NCBI RefSeq assembly: GCF_000341895.1
Contig: NC_020409.1
Location: 2,670,001 to 2,702,000 of the forward strand
Length of the DNA: 32,000 nt
Reading direction: 5' to 3'
Source: Pseudodesulfovibrio piezophilus C1TLV30
GTDB lineage: Bacteria; Desulfobacterota; Desulfovibrionia; Desulfovibrionales; Desulfovibrionaceae
Shown here: in pieces, positions 6,860 through 15,513 of the stretch
How the letters are laid out: each line of letters begins with the position of its first letter
How positions within the stretch are numbered: position 1 is the first letter of the stretch
The notes under the pieces: generated by a model
Databases searched by the model: none
What the model was told of the DNA's origin: nothing
The model's input: only the letters and a program-made list of their open reading frames with translations
Made by a program: the position numbers and the translations under genes

Positions 6860-7248
6860 TATTTCAAACCCTCCGGCTGAATATGGCAATCCCAGCAATA
6901 GGGAGAGACACCGGCATCGGCGTGACACTTGTCGCAGAAGTCTGCCCTGCTCACGTGGCACTTCATGCAGGTGTTCTGCAGGGAGATGGTGAACTCTTTG
7001 CCTTTGTGGTTCGTGTAGACACGCTTGCCATCACGCAAAGCCCAGTCGCGCCAATTGTTGAGGAGTTGCATGTGGTTTTCCCGCATGTACTCCTTGGACT
7101 CGATGCATTCAGTCTCGCCCACAGGGAGCTTGAGCTCAGGCTGTTTGTATTCCTTGGTCACTGCCACACCCTTGAAGAAGGGAGCGCAGAGGAGGCCAAT
7201 GAAGATAACCAGACCAGCTATGATCGGGAATCCATAGTGCATTTTCAT
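6859..7248 (-). CDS. dsrJ: DsrJ, membrane-anchored periplasmic triheme cytochrome c
   Basis: 129 aa with an N-terminal hydrophobic anchor and three CxxCH haem-binding motifs (CMKCH, CDKCH, CWDCH). Its start abuts the dsrK stop with no gap (TAAATG). Confidence 0.9.
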   Translation of the reverse strand: MKMHYGFPIIAGLVIFIGLLCAPFFKGVAVTKEYKQPELKLPVGETECIESKEYMRENHMQLLNNWRDWALRDGKRVYTNHKGKEFTISLQNTCMKCHVSRADFCDKCHADAGVSPYCWDCHIQPEGLK

Positions 7249-8919
7249 TTATGCATCCTCCATGTTCGGGGGCGTCCAGTCGTCTTCCTCGTCCTCGAAT
7301 CCGGGAAGGGGTTCCATGCGCAGGTCCATGGTGCGTTCTTCGCCTTCTTTCATGATCAATGCGTTGGCGACTAACTCATGGGTTCCAGTGACGGTTACGC
7401 CTGGGGCCCAGTAGTCCGCGAGCGGAATCAGGGTGGCGCGGTCAATGGCGCAGATGCAGGCCAGGGTGTTCACGTCATGTGTGTCCTGGACATACTTCAG
7501 GGCGTTGCCGCGAGGCAGCCCGCCGCGAAGGCGGATTTCGAGGATTTCTTCGGTATTCAGGCCGGAACCGCCTGCGCAGCAGAAAGTCTGCTCACGGATG
7601 GTTGCCGGAGGCATCTCGAAGAAGTTGTTACAGACGGATTTGATAACGTAGCGCGGTTCGTCCAGAAGACCCATCCCCCGAGCGGGGTTGCAGGAATCAT
7701 GGAAGGTGACGCGCAGATGATCGTTGCGGCTTGGGTCGAGGTTCAGCTTGCCGTGTTTGATGAGATCGGCAGTGAACTCGGTGATATGAACCATTTTGGT
7801 GGCAGCGGAGTTCTCGAATACGGTTCCGGTGATCGGGTTGACCGGGGTGCACATCTGCTTGCCCTGGGTCTCGCCGTTCATGGTATCCATGTACTGGTGG
7901 ACAACGCGCCACATGTGGCCGCACTCACCGCCGAGAATCCACTTGCAACCGAGACGGTTGGCTTCGTGGTACATCTTGGCATTGAGTTTCTTCATGGTCT
8001 CGTTATTGGTGAAGGAACCGAAGTTTCCACCCTCTGATGCATAGGTGGACATGGTGTAATCCAGGTCCAGATAATCAAACAGCATCAGGTAGCCCATGAA
8101 AGTATAGATGCCCGGATCGGCGAAGACATCGCCGGAGGGGGTGATGAACAGGATGTCGTGCCCGTGCTCGTTGAGCGGAGCCTTGACTTTTTTGCCGGTG
8201 ATTTCCTCGATATCATCAACCATGAAATCCACGATGTCCTTGAAGGCGTGGGGCTGGATGCCGAGGTGGTTTCCGGTGATGTTGCAGTTGGAGACAGGCT
8301 CCATGATCCAGTTGGTGTTCAAGCCAACCAGGTGCATCAGCTCGCGCGCCATCATGGTGACTTCCGCAGTATCGATTCCGTATGGGCAGAACAGGGAACA
8401 GCGGCGGCACTCGGTGCACTGGTAGAAGTAGATGAACCATTCTTTCAGGACATCTTCTTCCATGACGCGGGAGCCAGTCAGTTTGGACAGGATTTTCCCG
8501 GCCAGAGTGAATTCGCCGCGGTAAACAGAGCGCATCAGCTCGGCACGAAGGACAGGCATGTTCTTCGGATCACCGGACCCGATGAAGTAATGGCATTTGT
8601 CGGCACAGGCTCCACAACGGACACAGATGTCCATGAAGAGCTTGAGGGAGCGGAACTTTCCAAGGCGCTCGCGGAAACCATTGACCACGATCTCCTTCCA
8701 GTTGGGGGGCAGTTTCCAATCTGCTTCACCCGGACTCCATTGGCGTGCAGGCCCCCACAGACCGGGGAGTTTGGATTCCATATACTCCATCTTTTCCGGT
8801 TTGGCGGGGTAGCACCAGTTGCCCGGTGAAAAGTCCACCGGGGTTTCCATCCAGCCGGTGGTCGGCGGAGTGTAATCTATGCTCTTGAAGAGCTCATCTG
8901 CTTTAGGCATGTCGGACAT
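7249..8919 (-). CDS. dsrK: DsrK, HdrD-like cytoplasmic iron-sulfur catalytic subunit
   Basis: 556 aa with ferredoxin-type clusters CVRCGACADKCH and CTECRRCSLFCP, and CCG-domain Cys motifs (HDSCNPARG, FCCAGGSG) as in heterodisulfide reductase HdrD. GGAGAG RBS upstream. Confidence 0.92.
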   Translation of the reverse strand: MSDMPKADELFKSIDYTPPTTGWMETPVDFSPGNWCYPAKPEKMEYMESKLPGLWGPARQWSPGEADWKLPPNWKEIVVNGFRERLGKFRSLKLFMDICVRCGACADKCHYFIGSGDPKNMPVLRAELMRSVYRGEFTLAGKILSKLTGSRVMEEDVLKEWFIYFYQCTECRRCSLFCPYGIDTAEVTMMARELMHLVGLNTNWIMEPVSNCNITGNHLGIQPHAFKDIVDFMVDDIEEITGKKVKAPLNEHGHDILFITPSGDVFADPGIYTFMGYLMLFDYLDLDYTMSTYASEGGNFGSFTNNETMKKLNAKMYHEANRLGCKWILGGECGHMWRVVHQYMDTMNGETQGKQMCTPVNPITGTVFENSAATKMVHITEFTADLIKHGKLNLDPSRNDHLRVTFHDSCNPARGMGLLDEPRYVIKSVCNNFFEMPPATIREQTFCCAGGSGLNTEEILEIRLRGGLPRGNALKYVQDTHDVNTLACICAIDRATLIPLADYWAPGVTVTGTHELVANALIMKEGEERTMDLRMEPLPGFEDEEDDWTPPNMEDA

Positions 8920-8964
8920 ATTTCTTCTCTCCTAGATAAAGAAGTCTCACCTGTATGGTGAACC

Positions 8965-10005
8965 CTAAGCCTTTTCCTCTGGGGCCACGCCATTTTCCGG
9001 ATTATCCAGAGGCAATCCGGCCTCGGCCATGGGCACGCCGAATTCTTTTTCGTAATCAGCGTAGGTGTGGGGCTTGATGTTGGGGTCATTCCAGGGGTTC
9101 ACGTGATGCTTGGCGCGGGTATCGTTCGGCAGGTTCCTTGTGGGGGACATGAAGACACCGGGAAAGTGCATCAATTTGCTGAACGGGAAGTACGCCATGA
9201 GGACGCTGACAAGGAAGACGTGAACGAAGAAGGAGACACCAATGGTTTCCGGAACGACGAAATGAAACGTCACCAGTCCCATGGTCAGCTCCTTGATGGC
9301 GATGACATCAACTTTGGCGTAATAACGCATGTAGATGCCCGACAGGGCGACGGCCAGGATCAGGAACAGCGGGAAGAAGTCTGAGACATACGAGAGGTAA
9401 TTGATCTTGGCATCAATGAGTCTGCGGCCAAGCAACAGGATCACGCCGATGACGAGACCACAGTCGGCCAGGTACATGGCGGGCGCGCCTATTTGCAGGA
9501 TGCCGTCCACGAATTCCAGTCCGTTCACGAAGAAGGGCACGGGTTCGAGGAACAGGCGGAGGTGGCGCAGTGCCACAATGAAAAAGGAATAGTGGAAGAC
9601 AATTGCAAAGAGCCAGAGCCATTTGCTGGATTTGTACGCCACGACCGGTCCACTCTTGGTATCGTGCAGTGACACCTGAGTGTTGCGGAACAAGGAGCGG
9701 AAAGCAAAAACTTCCAGGACCATGCGCACAAAGGTCTGAGCGCCGGTCTGAGGACAGTCGAACTTGTTCTGCTTGAACATGGTGGTATCAAAGGATTTGA
9801 ACTGACCACCGGTTGTGGGGATACGGAAAGGAACAGGACTCCGCCCCCAGTTGATGACTTTAGTTATAAAGCCAATGACAAAGATGATGAACGCCGTTGA
9901 GGGGATACAGACACCGAAGAAAGTCCTCAGATGTGCTGCATCAACCCCGAACAACGGGATCAACACCAGGAGAAAGACGAACAGAAGTGAGTAAAGCGCA
10001 TTCAT
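8965..10005 (-). CDS. dsrM: DsrM, NarI/HdrE-like membrane b-type cytochrome subunit
   Basis: 346-aa multi-span membrane protein in first position, immediately 5' of dsrK (45-nt gap). GAGGTG RBS upstream of ATG 10005. The call rests mainly on the conserved M-K-J-O-P operon context. Confidence 0.88.
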   Translation of the reverse strand: MNALYSLLFVFLLVLIPLFGVDAAHLRTFFGVCIPSTAFIIFVIGFITKVINWGRSPVPFRIPTTGGQFKSFDTTMFKQNKFDCPQTGAQTFVRMVLEVFAFRSLFRNTQVSLHDTKSGPVVAYKSSKWLWLFAIVFHYSFFIVALRHLRLFLEPVPFFVNGLEFVDGILQIGAPAMYLADCGLVIGVILLLGRRLIDAKINYLSYVSDFFPLFLILAVALSGIYMRYYAKVDVIAIKELTMGLVTFHFVVPETIGVSFFVHVFLVSVLMAYFPFSKLMHFPGVFMSPTRNLPNDTRAKHHVNPWNDPNIKPHTYADYEKEFGVPMAEAGLPLDNPENGVAPEEKA

Positions 10006-10205
10006 CTACCGTCACCTCGCTTGAAGGTTGGACCTGCCGGTTCTCACGCCGGAAGGCCTGCCACTTTTGGTGCGGGCCGTGGGAATCTGTGATCAGCGAA
10101 AAGTTGTCTGGTCGGCGATGCGTCTTCGGTGCCGAAAATGCCCCCGGCTCGCGAATCGCTCGTGCGTCCGACTCTCCTCAAATCATCACATCCCTCGGCA
10201 CGCCC

Positions 10206-10733
10206 TTAATCGGTCGAAGGTTCGACCGTAACGTCCGCAACGAGTCCGGCTTTTCTGAGCAGACTGCTCTGGGCGCGTTTCACCTCATCCACGCGCAGCC
10301 GGAATATTTGTTCGCGACCTTTGGAATAGATGTCGAAGGACATCATGGCCAAGTTGTCTATCTTGGCTTCAAATCTGAGCAGGTCCTCAAGGGCCCCATC
10401 CGCTTTCATGGTGCTGAAGAACTCGTCGCGAAAAAGTTTTTTCAGCAGAAAGACAAAACTGATGGCCTGGGACGGAGTAAAATCCTGCACGCTTCGGATA
10501 CGGATGAGCCTATCCAGTTCGGCAGCTATCTTGTCGGCATCCTGCCATTGAATGATAAGCTCAAGGAGTTCCCTGGTGGCCTCGACAATTGCCGCGCCCA
10601 CCGGATTCTGGAAACGATCTTTTTGTCGACCCCAGATTTTCTGGGTTTCTTTCGGGTAGGTCTGAAGGATCAGGTCTGCCCACTTTTCCGACAACTCTTC
10701 CTTGCGCTCGGCAAGCTTGGTTTCCAATGTCAT
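10206..10733 (-). CDS. RsbRD_N-domain (RsbR-type non-haem globin-like sensor N-domain) protein
   Basis: 175 aa. The stretch EKWADLILQTYPKETQKIWGRQKDRFQNPVGAAI matches my memory of the RsbRD N-terminal domain signature (KDRFxNPVG). It is soluble with no other domain, and lies 200 nt upstream of dsrM on the same strand. Confidence 0.7.
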   Translation of the reverse strand: MTLETKLAERKEELSEKWADLILQTYPKETQKIWGRQKDRFQNPVGAAIVEATRELLELIIQWQDADKIAAELDRLIRIRSVQDFTPSQAISFVFLLKKLFRDEFFSTMKADGALEDLLRFEAKIDNLAMMSFDIYSKGREQIFRLRVDEVKRAQSSLLRKAGLVADVTVEPSTD

Positions 10734-10975
10734 TATCTGTCCATAAAAGCCAACAAAATCGAGAAGTACCTCAGACCTTTGGGCTCAGGGAACTTTCAAT
10801 TTTGCAAGCCTTGCTTGTGTTAATTGTGAAAATCATCACGTAAAACTTAGAACCATATTCCAAACCCCTCGGAAAACGTCAAGGTTTTTTCAAGGAAAAA
10901 CCAGCTGATGAGAAGGGTTATCAAAGGGAATCAAGAGGCTTTTCCCGTGCCTTGAGAAGAGAGACGGGACTCTTT

Positions 10976-13855
10976 TCACGACCGGGTGGCAGTGCCGAAT
11001 TCAATCCGGTTTCGCCCACCTCGCTTGGCTTTGTAAAGTGCCTCATCCGCTCTGTAAAGGGTCTCTTCTATGATCTTGTCTCTTTTATGGGCCAGGGAGA
11101 GTCCGATGGAGACTGTAAAATGGATTTCCTGTTCGTTGACCACGACCTTTAGTTGTCCGAGATCTTCCCGGAGTCTTTCGGCGGCAATCAGGGCATTCTC
11201 CTGGTCTGTTTCCGGGAGCAGGACGGCGAATTCTTCACCTCCGAGTCGGCCGAAAACATCTGTTTCCCGCAAGTTGGCCATGGTCAGGGCGGCCATGGCT
11301 TTGAGAACGGCGTCGCCCGCCTGGTGTCCATAGGTATCGTTGATCGATTTGAAATAATCGATATCCAGCATCAGAACGGCCAAGGGACGTTTGTATCGTT
11401 TGGCTCGTTTCAATTCGGCTGCGGCGAGCAGAAAAAAACGGTGTCGGTTGCTCGCTCCAGTCAGTGCGTCCGTGGTTGCCATGCGCGTCATATCTTTTTC
11501 AAGGCGTATGCGGGTGGTCACATCGTGGATGACAGAATAAAGCAGTTGATTTCCTCGGACCATGATCGGCCCGGAGTAGACTTCCACATCGCGGATTTCC
11601 TTGTTTTCCAGACGATGCTTGAAGATGAAGTGGGACCGCCCTTGACTGTGCGCATTATGCATTTCACGATAGACCTCGGCTTCAGTCAGAGCGATTATCT
11701 GGCTCATATTCATGGTGCGCATCGTCTCGATATCGTACCCGTAGAATTCACTGGCCGCCGGATTTGCATCAATGATATCTCCGGTCTTGGGATCTTCCAG
11801 AAGCATGACAGCATGGTTGTTTTCAAAAAACGCCCGATATTGCTTTTCTCTTTCTCTGAGAACCCGGTCCGCTTCAATGCGTGCCGTAATATCGCGAAAC
11901 GTTCCTTCAAAGGCAAAAGGGATACCTTCCTTGTCATGGACCAGGTGGGTATTGCTCTCAATGACAATGTGTGTTCCGTCCTTGCGAACTGCGGTCAGAT
12001 GGAATCCATGCACATGCCCTTTGGCCAGAAGGGATTGCCGCAGTCGCGCTCGATCATCCAGGTTGGCATACAGCATGACCATATTGTGGCCGATGAGATC
12101 GACTTCTTCATACCCCAGCAGGTTGCAGGTGGCAGGGTTGACCATCTGAATGATTCCATCCATGTCGGTTACGATGAATCCTTCTTCTATGGTCTCGAAG
12201 ATGCGACGAAATTTGTCTTCACTTTCCTGAAGTACCCGCTCTGCCTTTTTGCGATTGCTGATATCCCGCAGTGCGTTGACTTCACCGAGAACAGTCCCAT
12301 CGTCTCCGGTAATCAGCGACACGGAATGTTCAGTGGGGAAGGTCTGATTGTTTTTGCGACGCATGGAAAATTCGAAGGTCGCTGATTCTCCGCGTTCGAA
12401 TGCTTCTTTTGTCAGTTGTCGAAATTCATCAGCATGGGCGGTATCAATATGCAGGTTGTCAGCAGACTTGCCACAGATGTCTTCTCTGGGCATTTGAAAG
12501 ACGGTTTCGGCTGCCGGATTTGTGTCGATAACGATGTTTTCCGGCGAGACGATGAGAACAGCCTCACCCAAGGCCACAAAGGTGTTTCGAAGCCAGAGTT
12601 CCTTTTCGGCCAGAGCCTCTTCGGTCTTGCGCTGCCTGGTGATGTCTGTCCCCGAGCACAGAATGGCGACTGGTGCGCCCTCTTCATTTCGAAGCAGTCG
12701 GTTTTTCCAGGCAATGAGACGATGCTCCCCTGATTTGGTGATAATGATATTGGTATATTCATCGTCGTTGTCTTCTCCGGATTCGAAGATCGCGGAGATC
12801 GAATCGTAAATGATCTTTCTGTTTGATTCGGGAACCATGGTTTTATACCAATTGTGGCCCACCAAATCATTTTTTTCGTAGCCGAGAGTTTCGCAGCCTG
12901 TTCTGTTGATGAGCATCACCGTGCCTGAAGGGTCCAGTCCAACGACAATCGTTCCGACAACATCGAGATAATTCGAGGACAGGCTTCTCTCACGGGCGAG
13001 CTGTATCTGCGTCTCCACACTCCCGGTAATGTCATCGACTATGAGAGTCAGGGCGGACTGTGGGTTTGATGGCTCCTGACGTGAAATCGTGATGCTGAAG
13101 TATCGTGATTTTTCCTCGGATTCAACAATGCAGCTCAAGTGATGTTCCTGTTTCAAGAAAGGAGCCGAGTTCTGCAACGCCTTTTCCAACCATGGGAGGG
13201 TCTCCGCAAGCAAGGGGGCAGAGGAGATGTCCGGCAACGATGTCGCCCCTTGAAGGGATGGATCAGGTTCAATGTTCCACAGAAGTCCCATGGCCGCTTG
13301 ATTCAAGCATTCGATACGATGCTCGGAGTCAAGGAAGAAGACGGCTTCAGCGAGGCTTTTGAAGAGTGACAGGAATCGGTTCTCACAGGCCGGAATGCGA
13401 TCAGTCGAACAGGAACCATGGGAGATGGTCTTGTCGGGAGGCCATGTTGCCGTGCGGCAGACTTCGAGTTCAAGGGTGTCGAACAGCCGGTGTACCTGTG
13501 TCTTTTCAGTGAGGTCAGTTTCGTTCAGGAGTGTGAGGGAAGCGTGACGAAATGCTTTGAGGACAGCTATGCATTCGGCAGGGGAGAGGTGTTTTGTCCC
13601 TTCTGCCTCTGAATGCCAGATCGCCAAGGGAGCGAGAACGGATGTCCCAAGGGAGTGGGCAATCTGTAACGCTGCCTGGTCGATTTCAGTCTTGAAATTC
13701 GTTTGAATATATTTTCCCAGGGCGTCGGCGACCTTGAGCCAGAAATCGAGACCCGGTACGGCTGTTGCCGGAAAGAAAGAAGGCTCTGCGAGCGCCTGTG
13801 CCTTTTTTGCCAGGTGTCGAGTTTTGGCGAATATTATCGATTGGAGTTGAGCCAT
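10976..13855 (-). CDS. Multi-PAS sensor diguanylate cyclase (GGDEF domain with I-site)
   Basis: 959 aa with several PAS/PAC-like repeats (for example GIIQMVNPATCNLLGYEEVDLIGHNM and DIIDANPAASEFYGYDIETMRTMNM). The C-terminal GGDEF domain reads DIDYFKSINDTYGHQAGDAVL...RETDVFGRLGGEEFAVLL, with active-site GGEEF and an RxxD I-site 5 residues before it. I could not assign the N-terminal ~290 aa. Confidence 0.9.
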   Translation of the reverse strand: MAQLQSIIFAKTRHLAKKAQALAEPSFFPATAVPGLDFWLKVADALGKYIQTNFKTEIDQAALQIAHSLGTSVLAPLAIWHSEAEGTKHLSPAECIAVLKAFRHASLTLLNETDLTEKTQVHRLFDTLELEVCRTATWPPDKTISHGSCSTDRIPACENRFLSLFKSLAEAVFFLDSEHRIECLNQAAMGLLWNIEPDPSLQGATSLPDISSAPLLAETLPWLEKALQNSAPFLKQEHHLSCIVESEEKSRYFSITISRQEPSNPQSALTLIVDDITGSVETQIQLARERSLSSNYLDVVGTIVVGLDPSGTVMLINRTGCETLGYEKNDLVGHNWYKTMVPESNRKIIYDSISAIFESGEDNDDEYTNIIITKSGEHRLIAWKNRLLRNEEGAPVAILCSGTDITRQRKTEEALAEKELWLRNTFVALGEAVLIVSPENIVIDTNPAAETVFQMPREDICGKSADNLHIDTAHADEFRQLTKEAFERGESATFEFSMRRKNNQTFPTEHSVSLITGDDGTVLGEVNALRDISNRKKAERVLQESEDKFRRIFETIEEGFIVTDMDGIIQMVNPATCNLLGYEEVDLIGHNMVMLYANLDDRARLRQSLLAKGHVHGFHLTAVRKDGTHIVIESNTHLVHDKEGIPFAFEGTFRDITARIEADRVLREREKQYRAFFENNHAVMLLEDPKTGDIIDANPAASEFYGYDIETMRTMNMSQIIALTEAEVYREMHNAHSQGRSHFIFKHRLENKEIRDVEVYSGPIMVRGNQLLYSVIHDVTTRIRLEKDMTRMATTDALTGASNRHRFFLLAAAELKRAKRYKRPLAVLMLDIDYFKSINDTYGHQAGDAVLKAMAALTMANLRETDVFGRLGGEEFAVLLPETDQENALIAAERLREDLGQLKVVVNEQEIHFTVSIGLSLAHKRDKIIEETLYRADEALYKAKRGGRNRIEFGTATRS

Positions 13856-14089
13856 TCCGTCCCTTTGTAGTGTGTTGCTATTCTCCTATTTGTAGCAACA
13901 AAAAGGGTGGAATGAATAGCAGAAATTGTCCTCCAAACGTGAGTTTCTATGGGGAGCGTGTTGTATATGGGGGAGAAGAACGTCAATAAACGCGTCCTCT
14001 TCCTTCTGGATACCCCGTTGATTTCAGTGCAGGGTCGATTCGTGTGTCCCGCAGAGAATGTGCTTGTCAGCAGAAAAAACCGGGCCTAC

Positions 14090-15004
14090 ATGTTTTGCAT
14101 GAGTTGTTTTCTCTCTTCGGGAATGCGTTCCATGCTGTTGGGAACATTTTTGTTTTCCATCGGCTCCCTTTGTATAAAACTGGCTGGAGTCAGACTGCCC
14201 ACGAGCGAAATACTGTTCGTGCGCGGAGTGATTGGCATAGGGTTCTGTTGGATGGTCGTGCGGCGAGCCGGGGTAGGTATGCTGGGGGCGCGACGGTTTC
14301 TTCTCGCGACACGGGGGGTGGTTGGTTTTCTCGCCTTGTTTGCGGAATTTTATGCAATAGTTCATTTACCGCTGGCGGATGCCATTGTCATTCTCTTTAC
14401 GCATCCAGTAGCAGTGGCTTTGTTGGCATGGATATTTCTTGGGGAGCGGCTTGGTCTCATGAGCCTTTTCGCTATGGCGGGCAGTATGCTCGGAGTGATT
14501 GTGGTCTGTCGTCCCGATTTTCTCTTCGGTATGAGCGAAGCAAATCTTGATACTGTGGGGGTATGGGTTGCTCTGGCTGGAGTGGGGTTGATCTCCTTGG
14601 CTATCTTGACAGTGCGCTCTCTGGCAAAGACTGAGCACCCTGCCGTGGTCATGGTCTATCCTCCCTTGATTATTACGATGGTATCGCCTTTCCTTTCGCA
14701 TGATTGGGTATTTCCTACCGGACTCGAATTCATCATGATGCTTGGAGTCGCTTTCTTCATGAACGCAGGACAATATTTCATGACCAAGGGGTATGCTCTG
14801 GAAAGTGCGGCTCGTATCAGTGCCGTGACATGTCTCGAGATTGTGTTCGCAGCTTTTTGGGGAGCTTCCTTTCTTGGTGAAATACCGGATGTCTGGACTT
14901 TCGTCGGAGGATTTCTCATCGTGATGGGAACCCTGATCCTGGGGCACGATCAAGGCTCAGTTTCCTCTCGCTCTCTTCCTCCTGTGAAAGGGCATTCGGG
15001 CTAA
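14090..15004 (+). CDS. DMT-superfamily (EamA-type) transporter
   Basis: About 10 hydrophobic segments and two EamA-like halves (HLPLADAIVILFTHPVAVALLAWIFLGERL; AARISAVTCLEIVFAAFWGASFLGE). The start is uncertain. ATG 14090 gives 304 aa, typical for the family. Track ORF start 13949 adds 47 non-hydrophobic residues and leaves only 93 nt to the divergent gene. Confidence 0.75.
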   Translation: MFCMSCFLSSGMRSMLLGTFLFSIGSLCIKLAGVRLPTSEILFVRGVIGIGFCWMVVRRAGVGMLGARRFLLATRGVVGFLALFAEFYAIVHLPLADAIVILFTHPVAVALLAWIFLGERLGLMSLFAMAGSMLGVIVVCRPDFLFGMSEANLDTVGVWVALAGVGLISLAILTVRSLAKTEHPAVVMVYPPLIITMVSPFLSHDWVFPTGLEFIMMLGVAFFMNAGQYFMTKGYALESAARISAVTCLEIVFAAFWGASFLGEIPDVWTFVGGFLIVMGTLILGHDQGSVSSRSLPPVKGHSG

Positions 15005-15357
15005 AGTTTTTCGAAAATTTCCATGAGTTCCTCATTCACTGCGTCCGGGTCTTTGGTGTTGAGCTGTACGAGTCTATGGAGGAAAGTAAAGCTCAACTCA
15101 TCCATTTCACTGAAAATCATGGCTGTTTCATTGTTGGCTGCTCGGAGGATTTCTCCCTCTGTCACGATGCGAACAGCCGGTGAAAGCGGAATATGCAGTT
15201 CGGCCTTGGTCCCTACGAGGCAGTCATCGCATCCTTCGAGCAGTGCTCCTTTAAGGCTGATATTTTTGGTGGCGACCGGGATGACAACATCCCCCACGGT
15301 CACATAGGCTTCAAACCCGGCATCGACTCGTGTGCTTTTGCGCTTGTTTCCAGTCAT
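15001..15357 (-). CDS. Single-domain PilZ protein (putative c-di-GMP receptor)
   Basis: I chose the start at ATG 15357..15355, with a perfect AAGGAGG 6 nt upstream; the track start at 15477 has none. The 118-aa product carries both PilZ motifs: RKSTR (RxxxR) and NISLKG ((D/N)xSxxG). Confidence 0.8.
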   Translation of the reverse strand: MTGNKRKSTRVDAGFEAYVTVGDVVIPVATKNISLKGALLEGCDDCLVGTKAELHIPLSPAVRIVTEGEILRAANNETAMIFSEMDELSFTFLHRLVQLNTKDPDAVNEELMEIFEKL

Positions 15358-15462
15358 GAGAACCTCCTTTGTGGCAAGAGTATCACAGCTTCTCTGTTGA
15401 GAAAATATCCATTGCTCTGCCCGATTATCTGGAGGATCAGGGGAAATGAGGCAGAGCAATGA

Positions 15463-15492
15463 AAAGGCCGAAACCATCCGGTTCCGGCCTTT
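15463..15492 (-). terminator. Rho-independent terminator after glpX
   Basis: Stem AAAGGCCG-A-AAC (15463-15474) / GTT-C-CGGCCTTT (15481-15492): 11 bp with one A-C mismatch and a 6-nt loop, 21 nt after the glpX stop. On the minus strand it is followed by TTTTCATTG. Confidence 0.7.
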
Positions 15493-15513
15493 GAAGTCTA
15501 TAATCTTCAGGGG

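Noticed and set aside
10211-10228. An 18-nt perfect palindrome CGGTCGAA-GG-TTCGACCG containing a tRNA T-loop-like GGTTCGA. Another GATTCGAAC occurs near 31343.
   Set aside because: Both lie inside well-supported CDSs (the RsbRD_N gene end and mrdA), with no flanking acceptor or anticodon arms. An 8-bp-arm repeat is expected a few times by chance in 32 kb. It is not a tRNA, and evidence for an operator is weak.
10881-10902. A weak AT-rich hairpin GGTTTTT/AAAAACC, and a TCCCGT/ACGGGA hairpin at 10944-10970, downstream of the diguanylate cyclase stop.
   Set aside because: The stems are short or A/T-only, the loops are large (6-15 nt), and there is no clean U-tract. This is insufficient to annotate a terminator, so whether the cyclase reads through into the RsbRD_N gene is left open.
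11153-12385. A 410-aa plus-strand ORF. Similar long antisense ORFs occur at 15628-16560, 18544-19335, 16733-17401, 24080-24886, 24933-25664 and 26207-26893.
   Set aside because: Each is fully embedded antisense to, or out of frame with, a gene that has clear family signatures (GGDEF cyclase, glpX, rpiB and neighbours, tkt, metH, radical SAM). None has an SD or recognisable domains. I treat them as frame shadows.
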